Shown: positions 58,465-64,000 of the stretch, piece by piece
Numbering within the stretch: the stretch's first letter is position 1
How the letters are laid out: every line of letters starts with the position of its first letter
Source: an uncultured Bacilli bacterium
GTDB taxonomy: Bacteria; Bacillota_I; Bacilli_A; RF39; UBA660
Length of the DNA stretch: 64,000 nucleotides
Direction: 5' to 3'
Assembly: GCA_934090795.1 (NCBI GenBank)
Contig: CAKOJQ010000005.1
Location: forward strand, 54,391 to 118,390
Made by a program: the position numbers and the translations under genes
Notes under the pieces: model-generated
What the model was told of the DNA's origin: nothing
What the model saw: the letters and a program-made list of their open reading frames with translations, nothing else
Databases searched by the model: none

Positions 58465-59328
58465 TTAATTTTCACTTCCTATCACATTGCCAATAATCTC
58501 CGCTAAAGCAAGTACTGAATTATAAACTTCATTAAAATTATTATTATTTCCTCCAACTTCTATTAAAAAGACATTACCACTAAAATCTTGATTAAAAGTA
58601 TTTTTTTTAGCATAAAGTATATCTCTTGATAATCCCGGATATTTTTCTTTAGTATATTCATTTAATTTAACCATTAATGCCTCATTATTTTCATATCCAT
58701 CATAATTCATACCTAACACATACATAATTCTTGCATACTGCTTATTATTAATGTTTGCAGTTAAAGAAACACTATCCCTATGTAAATCAAGATAATATTT
58801 AATACTAGGATATTTTTCTTTAGCTTTCTCAAGCCACAACCTACTAGCACTATAAGAATCTTTATAACTCCATCCATGTTCATTTAAAACTGTTTTTATA
58901 TTTTCATCTTCAACAACTGAATATATATTATATTTTTCAAGTTCTTGCTTTAATATGTTTCCTGCCATGTATACAGTTGGAGTTATATTATAATTTGCTA
59001 AACTATTACTTACATATTCTTCTGTTTGATGCGTATTATAAATATAAAGAATAGGCTCTTTCTTAATATCATTTACTTTATCATTATTTTCTTTATTATC
59101 TCCATTATCACTATAAACCTTTTTAATATCTTCAGCCATCTCTATACCTGAAAATGAACTTTTTAAAATAGTCTCTGGCCCCGATAAATTAAAATTAATT
59201 ATATCTAAAAAAGATAAATCATTACTATAATTTAAAGAATCACTTATCAAATTATTAGCAATATCAATATTAGGACTACCTTTAAATATTTTTATCGATA
59301 ATATTGTAGATAACAAAATTATTATCAA
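58465..59328 (-). CDS. spoIIP: stage II sporulation protein P-like amidase
   Basis: ILYIYNTHQTEEY, YLDLHRDS and VFLIEVGGNNN motifs. The true start is probably 60 nt further upstream (see finding). Confidence 0.62.
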   Translation of the reverse strand: MIIILLSTILSIKIFKGSPNIDIANNLISDSLNYSNDLSFLDIINFNLSGPETILKSSFSGIEMAEDIKKVYSDNGDNKENNDKVNDIKKEPILYIYNTHQTEEYVSNSLANYNITPTVYMAGNILKQELEKYNIYSVVEDENIKTVLNEHGWSYKDSYSASRLWLEKAKEKYPSIKYYLDLHRDSVSLTANINNKQYARIMYVLGMNYDGYENNEALMVKLNEYTKEKYPGLSRDILYAKKNTFNQDFSGNVFLIEVGGNNNNFNEVYNSVLALAEIIGNVIGSEN

Positions 59329-59493
59329 TAAAATTACTACTTTTAATACATTATAATTAACTTTCTTTCTAGCAACAAATCTTTTTATCTAAATCACCTC
59401 AAGTCTAATATATAATATTAAAATCAAAATAAATGTAGAATAAAAGAAAAAAGACAAGAATTTTCTTATCTTAATTTGCAAATTACAGTTAAA

Positions 59494-59823
59494 CTATTCT
59501 TCAACTAAATCTAAATTTATAACTAAATTATTATCAGAAATACAAGTCCCACCTTTACTTATAAATATATTATTTATAATATTTTCTAACTCTTCTTCAC
59601 TAGATTTTTGTATTTCTATTAAAAGACTATTATTAGGTTTTATTTTATATAAATTATTATCAATATCATAAATAATTTCATAAGTATATATTTTATTATT
59701 TAAATTACAATTAAGTGTAACTATTACATTATCATTAATATAACTATTATTATTCCTATATCCAATTATTAATATCATAAATATTAAAGGTAAACTAACA
59801 ATAAATATTTTTACTTTTTTCAT
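59494..59823 (-). CDS. hypothetical membrane-anchored protein
   Basis: ATG 59823 (MKKVKIFIVSLPLIFMILIIGY..) is preceded by GGTGA plus 5 nt. Confidence 0.45.
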   Translation of the reverse strand: MKKVKIFIVSLPLIFMILIIGYRNNNSYINDNVIVTLNCNLNNKIYTYEIIYDIDNNLYKIKPNNSLLIEIQKSSEEELENIINNIFISKGGTCISDNNLVINLDLVEE

Positions 59824-59872
59824 ATACATCACCAATTTGTAAAATCTACTATATCATATTATTCTTTATTAT

Positions 59873-59900
59873 CAAGAAAAAATAGAGATTTCTCTCTATT
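59873..59900 (-). terminator. terminator of the surface-protein operon
   Basis: AATAGAGA-gaaa-TCTCTATT on the minus strand followed by TTTTCTT. The stem includes the stop codon of the 135-aa gene. Confidence 0.5.
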
Positions 59901-60303
59901 TTAACTTAATTTCTAATACAGCATCTACCTTATTTACGACATCAACTGATGTTGTATCAGCAAATATTGTAAAATTCTCAGTTTTTGTTGTAACTTTAAC
60001 ACTTACCTTAGGTGGTGCTTCATATATATCATAAAATTTTATATTATATGTTTTATTTATATTTACTGTTTCTGAAAATCTTCTTGTAAAGTCTTCAACA
60101 AATTTTTCCTTAACGATTCTCATTTCTCCATATTTTCGAAAGTGAGACCAATCAATTGCATCTGCCATAGCAGCTTCTGTTACTTCTCTAATAAGTATTG
60201 CATCTTGTTCATTAGTGGTTGTGTAATTATTAAATAACATCATAATGGTTATAACAAATAATCCTAAAATTATAAGCCAATAACCCCATAAACTTTCTTT
60301 CAT
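59896..60303 (-). CDS. hypothetical membrane-anchored protein
   Basis: 135 aa. N-terminal helix WGYWLIILGLFVITIMMLF, then a soluble domain. Co-operonic with the 1095-aa gene. Confidence 0.5.
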   Translation of the reverse strand: MKESLWGYWLIILGLFVITIMMLFNNYTTTNEQDAILIREVTEAAMADAIDWSHFRKYGEMRIVKEKFVEDFTRRFSETVNINKTYNIKFYDIYEAPPKVSVKVTTKTENFTIFADTTSVDVVNKVDAVLEIKLK

Positions 60304-60314
60304 TTAGTTACCTC

Positions 60315-63300
60315 CTATGGCCAGTTTTTATATCTTTCTAAGAATTGTTTAGGAAACAATGGATCAGGATATTTTCCATCTTCGACATAATCTAATCCTT
60401 TTATACATGAACTTATCGTTCCTGTGCAGTATCTTCCATCTACATAATATTTCCACTTATTTCTTCCACTTGTATCACTAAAATAAGTACTAACAAATGA
60501 GCTTTCACACTCTTTCATATCATTATTACATTTAAAGCAATACTGAGAATCTATATCCTTACTATTAGGAACTATGCCAGCACACATATTCATTTCTGAA
60601 TATTTGAAATATGATTTTGCAGAATTTTTCTTAATTAATTGTAAATCTTTAGTTGTTAATGTAACTTCATATTCCAAATAATCTCTTGAAATATCATCAT
60701 AAATATCATGTTTACCAGTACCTGAGCTATCTGCTAAATAAGTGGCTGGTTCATTACCACTATTTTTGGCATTTACTTTTGATGTGTTTAAAGCAATATA
60801 ATTATTTGTTTCACTACTATCAAGTGAAGCATAACCACTGCCCTGTTCTATTAAAGCTTTAGCCGCATTTCCTTTGGCATCTGACCAATTGGTTTCTCCA
60901 TCTTTTCTCTCATTAGGAGTAACATCAGCAAGCGATATGCTTCGGTAATAGAATTGTGGTAAATATTCAGAACTATCTCCATCACCACCATCATCCTCAC
61001 AAGACTCACAAATGCGATTAAATGCCATTTCCATATTACAATAATTACATGTACTTTCAAATGAAGTAATATTATTATTTCTAATATAAGTATCTATTAA
61101 TTCTTGAACTTTTCTCCTTCCATTAGAATAACTAGCACCTACATTGTTCATCTTAAAACTTGTAGTATACTCTCCAGCATAAGAAGTAAGTTCGATATTA
61201 TAAACATAACCAATTTCTAAACCATTAATATCTGTAACTGCTGAATTAGATGTATAATTTAAGGTTTTATATTCTCCAGAATTCATTAAAGAAAATGAAT
61301 TATTTGGTGGTCTATAATAATATATTTTACTTATCTTTTCTTCACCTTCAACTATTATATTAGTATCAGATGTACTATAAGGAATAGTTCCATCAGTAGC
61401 AAGTTGCATTGAATTAAATGATAAATTATCAAATGAATATCCCATACATGGTTTCTCATTTGGATTAGTCCAATAGCAATTATCATGAGTTCCATCAGGC
61501 CAAGCATAATGTTCTGTGTTTCCTTGTTCATCAATTAATACAACACCATTTAAACCTCTTGTTGCTGCATCAGAACCCGATTTAGGAGCAATCGCAGCCA
61601 AACTATTACTCAAAGCACTTGTATTTTTACCACTAGAATTTAACCCAGTATAATTAAGTCCCAAATAGCTTGAACTACTTGTTCCAGTTGTTGTATTAGG
61701 CCAATATTTTACAGCCTCAGTATTATTAACCATATTAATGGTATATTCTTTATTTCCTTCTGTTTTAGAATTTTGTTTATAGGTAAAATCCACTTGTGGA
61801 ACACCTGTTAAACTTACATTACTTCCCGAATAATCTTTTAATGCAGTCATACATTTTTCACGGGCAGTTTCTAAACTAAGACGTGCAGCAATGGCTGCTT
61901 TATATGCCTGTTGTTTTTGAGGCTCTACTTTTTGATATGAGTCTTCATATGTTTGTTTTGCAGCATCTCTTACAGCCTTAGCATTTCGTTCATTTGCCTT
62001 ACAAGTAACCTCATCATACACAGTTGTATATACATTTTTCTTTGTCGTTGGGTTCCATGTTGTAACAACTTTTTTACAAGTTTGATTTATAACTGCCTCT
62101 GATGCAGCACCATATGCTCTATCAGCATCTAAATATGCTTGATATTTTACTTTAACGTCTTTAACAGCCTTTTGCCAATTATCATATGCACCAATTTCAA
62201 CCCAAGCAGCAGCTTTATAATCACTAAGCCATTGTTTATAATGAAAGAAGAACGTTGATTTAACTCTTTCCACAATAAGTGGTTGTCTAAAATACCCATT
62301 AACATTATCATAATTATTACTTATATAACTATCAAACACAAAGAATTGTCCAGATACAGAAGCAGCAGTTGCTGGCGTATACATATCAACAGTTTCAGTA
62401 GTAAACGTTCCACAGTAATTATTAATAGTTGAATCTAAATAATCAGAATACTTACTATCATTACCAATAAAACTTCCACTAGAATTTGTCCCCTCATTAT
62501 CTAAATCTTGCATTAAATATTTCATATTACGCATTCTAACATAAGAATGATTAAATGCCTTATAAGAACTTTCGCCATCACATGAACTCTTTCCACAACT
62601 TTGTTCTAAATGAACAATAGGTCCACATTTCTTAATATAATCATCTTCTTCTTTAGAACCCTCAACAATATTACTAGTATCTATATTAGCACATGTATTA
62701 GGAACATCTATATAAATAGAAGCACTACTACTTTGATTATAATCATTACTAACTAATTTTATAAATCTTTGAAAAGGTCCATTAAAATAATTAGAACAAC
62801 TTCCTTGACTTTCATCACAAGTATATATTTTAACTTCATTAATTAAACCAGTTCCAGTATTACCTTCAATATTTATATCTACTTTAATTGAATTCTTACT
62901 AGCAATATTACCTGTAACCGTTATTTTATAATTGTTAGTACCACTGCTATCTTTAGAAATATTACAACTTAATCCACTTGATGAACAACTACTAACAATT
63001 ACATTTCCACCATCACTTTGATTAACAATGGAAACAATCGCTGTAGCAACCCCATTTGTGCCATCATAAGTATTACTTATCTTAGTTACTTTAAAACTTC
63101 CAATCGTTCCTGTACTTGATGGTAAATATTTACTTTCTTCATCTTTACAAGTTCCTTCATTAACACAAACTCCAATTTTAACCATTTTTCCAATTGCATC
63201 ATCAGCATCATAATTAAGCATATTATTTATGATATTATCATTTAAAGAGCCTTTAAGTGAAGCACCCTTACGTTTCTTTTTTAATGTATAAATACGAAAC

Positions 63301-63602
63301 GCATGTGCTTGTGATGTAGTATCAACATTATTAGTTTTAGCATAATTTGCCATTGCAATTAATCCTTTAGCAAAAGCACCACTTTTAACATTTAAAGTTT
63401 CCACACTATTTACATGAGACGGATTATGCAAATTAGCATCAATACACGTAGCAAGTTCTCCTCCAATTCGGTACTCAAACCCAAGATGAGTTGGATCACT
63501 ATAGGATCCCAATCCATTCATCGTAAATGATTCATTCGTACTATCAGCTTTAACACCAAAAGGAATAAACATTAAACTTAATAATAAAAATATTTTTTTC
63601 AT
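60315..63602 (-). CDS. large secreted Cys-rich protein, function unknown
   Basis: 1095 aa. Signal peptide MKKIFLLLSLMFIPFGVKA. More than 30 cysteines, often in close pairs (CVNEGTC, SCSSSGLSC, CNYCN..CESC, CFKCNNDMKEC). No LPXTG motif and no C-terminal anchor. Confidence 0.55.
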   Translation of the reverse strand: MKKIFLLLSLMFIPFGVKADSTNESFTMNGLGSYSDPTHLGFEYRIGGELATCIDANLHNPSHVNSVETLNVKSGAFAKGLIAMANYAKTNNVDTTSQAHAFRIYTLKKKRKGASLKGSLNDNIINNMLNYDADDAIGKMVKIGVCVNEGTCKDEESKYLPSSTGTIGSFKVTKISNTYDGTNGVATAIVSIVNQSDGGNVIVSSCSSSGLSCNISKDSSGTNNYKITVTGNIASKNSIKVDINIEGNTGTGLINEVKIYTCDESQGSCSNYFNGPFQRFIKLVSNDYNQSSSASIYIDVPNTCANIDTSNIVEGSKEEDDYIKKCGPIVHLEQSCGKSSCDGESSYKAFNHSYVRMRNMKYLMQDLDNEGTNSSGSFIGNDSKYSDYLDSTINNYCGTFTTETVDMYTPATAASVSGQFFVFDSYISNNYDNVNGYFRQPLIVERVKSTFFFHYKQWLSDYKAAAWVEIGAYDNWQKAVKDVKVKYQAYLDADRAYGAASEAVINQTCKKVVTTWNPTTKKNVYTTVYDEVTCKANERNAKAVRDAAKQTYEDSYQKVEPQKQQAYKAAIAARLSLETAREKCMTALKDYSGSNVSLTGVPQVDFTYKQNSKTEGNKEYTINMVNNTEAVKYWPNTTTGTSSSSYLGLNYTGLNSSGKNTSALSNSLAAIAPKSGSDAATRGLNGVVLIDEQGNTEHYAWPDGTHDNCYWTNPNEKPCMGYSFDNLSFNSMQLATDGTIPYSTSDTNIIVEGEEKISKIYYYRPPNNSFSLMNSGEYKTLNYTSNSAVTDINGLEIGYVYNIELTSYAGEYTTSFKMNNVGASYSNGRRKVQELIDTYIRNNNITSFESTCNYCNMEMAFNRICESCEDDGGDGDSSEYLPQFYYRSISLADVTPNERKDGETNWSDAKGNAAKALIEQGSGYASLDSSETNNYIALNTSKVNAKNSGNEPATYLADSSGTGKHDIYDDISRDYLEYEVTLTTKDLQLIKKNSAKSYFKYSEMNMCAGIVPNSKDIDSQYCFKCNNDMKECESSFVSTYFSDTSGRNKWKYYVDGRYCTGTISSCIKGLDYVEDGKYPDPLFPKQFLERYKNWP

Positions 63603-64000
63603 TAAATTTCACTCCTTTTTTTATTAATATAAATCCAAGTCCCAACATCTGCAATAACTAAAACGCATCCACCAGCTATAATATAAATATAATATTTTTG
63701 CCAAAAATTCTTCTTAATTTCATTACCATTATCATCTACATTAGAACTATTTCCTTTGCTTTCCTTGACAGCTTCATCTAAACCAATTCCCATATTATAT
63801 ATTAATTTAGAATTAGTTATAAATTTCTTACATATGTTAACCCCCGGATTTTCTTCACATACTTGATAATAATAATTCGGATTTAACATCGGTTTAGTAT
63901 AATTAATAGTCTTAACCAAATACATATCACAATCATTATTATTATAAACCTCAATTTTATACTTAATAATTCTATTATAATTATAATCTTTAAAAGTATA
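63602..64000 (-). CDS. C-terminal part of a tail-anchored protein (gene enters from beyond the right edge)
   Basis: The frame of the track's 107-aa ORF stays open upstream to position 64000 (YTFKDYNYNRIIKYKIEVYNNNDCD-MYLVK..). The gene is therefore probably longer than the track suggests. It ends with the helix YIYIIAGGCVLVIADVGTWIYI followed by NKKRSEI. Its stop overlaps the start of the 1095-aa gene. Confidence 0.5.
   Translation of the reverse strand, partial: YTFKDYNYNRIIKYKIEVYNNNDCDMYLVKTINYTKPMLNPNYYYQVCEENPGVNICKKFITNSKLIYNMGIGLDEAVKESKGNSSNVDDNGNEIKKNFWQKYYIYIIAGGCVLVIADVGTWIYINKKRSEI

Noticed and set aside
60851-61060. 69-aa minus-strand ORF
   Set aside because: An alternative frame inside the 1095-aa gene.
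1-64000. Looked for rRNA, tRNA, CRISPR arrays, transposases, integrases and IS inverted repeats
   Set aside because: No GC-enriched structured segments typical of tRNA or rRNA, no short regularly spaced repeats, and no ORF with recombinase or transposase motifs. The only periodic repeat (43.4-44.9 kb) has a period of about 371 nt and contains promoters and ORFs, so it is not CRISPR-like.

Overview
Very AT-rich window, about a quarter G+C by eye (not computed), from a low-GC Gram-positive (Bacillota-type) chromosome. It uses the standard code: TGG encodes Trp and TGA is used as a stop. About 65 genes are present, almost all on the minus strand. The neighbourhoods dtd-relA-comN-like-spoVB-like and rbgA-rnhB, plus a SpoIIP homologue, point to a Clostridia/Erysipelotrichia-like lineage; I cannot name the organism.

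Layout:
- 1-9.9 kb: cell-surface polysaccharide/glycosylation cluster with two GT4 genes, four GT2 genes, a Wzx-like flippase, a DUF2304-like protein and a 714-aa polytopic protein.
- 9.9-20.2 kb: housekeeping genes dtd, relA, topA, an LtaS-family gene, rnhB and rbgA.
- 20.2-22.2 kb: small accessory islet with a KilA-N gene, a HAD-like gene and a truncated RhuM-like gene.
- 22.4-42.6 kb: mixed genes. These include an M16 peptidase pair, SemiSWEET, a P-type ATPase, an OatA-like O-acetyltransferase, asnB, a frameshifted YbaK/ProX-like gene, ung, an NrtR-like regulator and several orphan genes.
- 42.7-48.4 kb: the most unusual region. It holds an orphan Panacea(DUF4065)-domain gene and two intact plus one decayed copy of a module missed by the ORF track. 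Each module has a strong promoter, a leader that sequesters the Shine-Dalgarno (SD) sequence, a 25-31 aa hydrophobic peptide and a convergent antisense promoter, which is type I toxin-antitoxin-like architecture. The modules are interleaved with a roughly 740-aa orphan gene, a decayed duplicate of its 5' end, and two roughly 200-aa paralogues, one of which carries two in-frame stops.
- 48.6-55.5 kb: an eight-gene NAD salvage operon (pncA-pncB-nudix-nadE-nadD-pncC-nadK-aminotransferase). It is preceded by a near-consensus promoter overlapped by two copies of a 25-bp palindrome, which are candidate NrtR operators.
- 55.6-64 kb: envelope and surface genes, including a DUF6273-like protein, an ATP-grasp protein, SpoIIP and an operon encoding a Cys-rich 1095-aa secreted protein.

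I saw no rRNA, tRNA, CRISPR array, transposase or integrase. All family assignments come from motif recognition by eye and all RNA structures were paired by hand, so both need computational confirmation.
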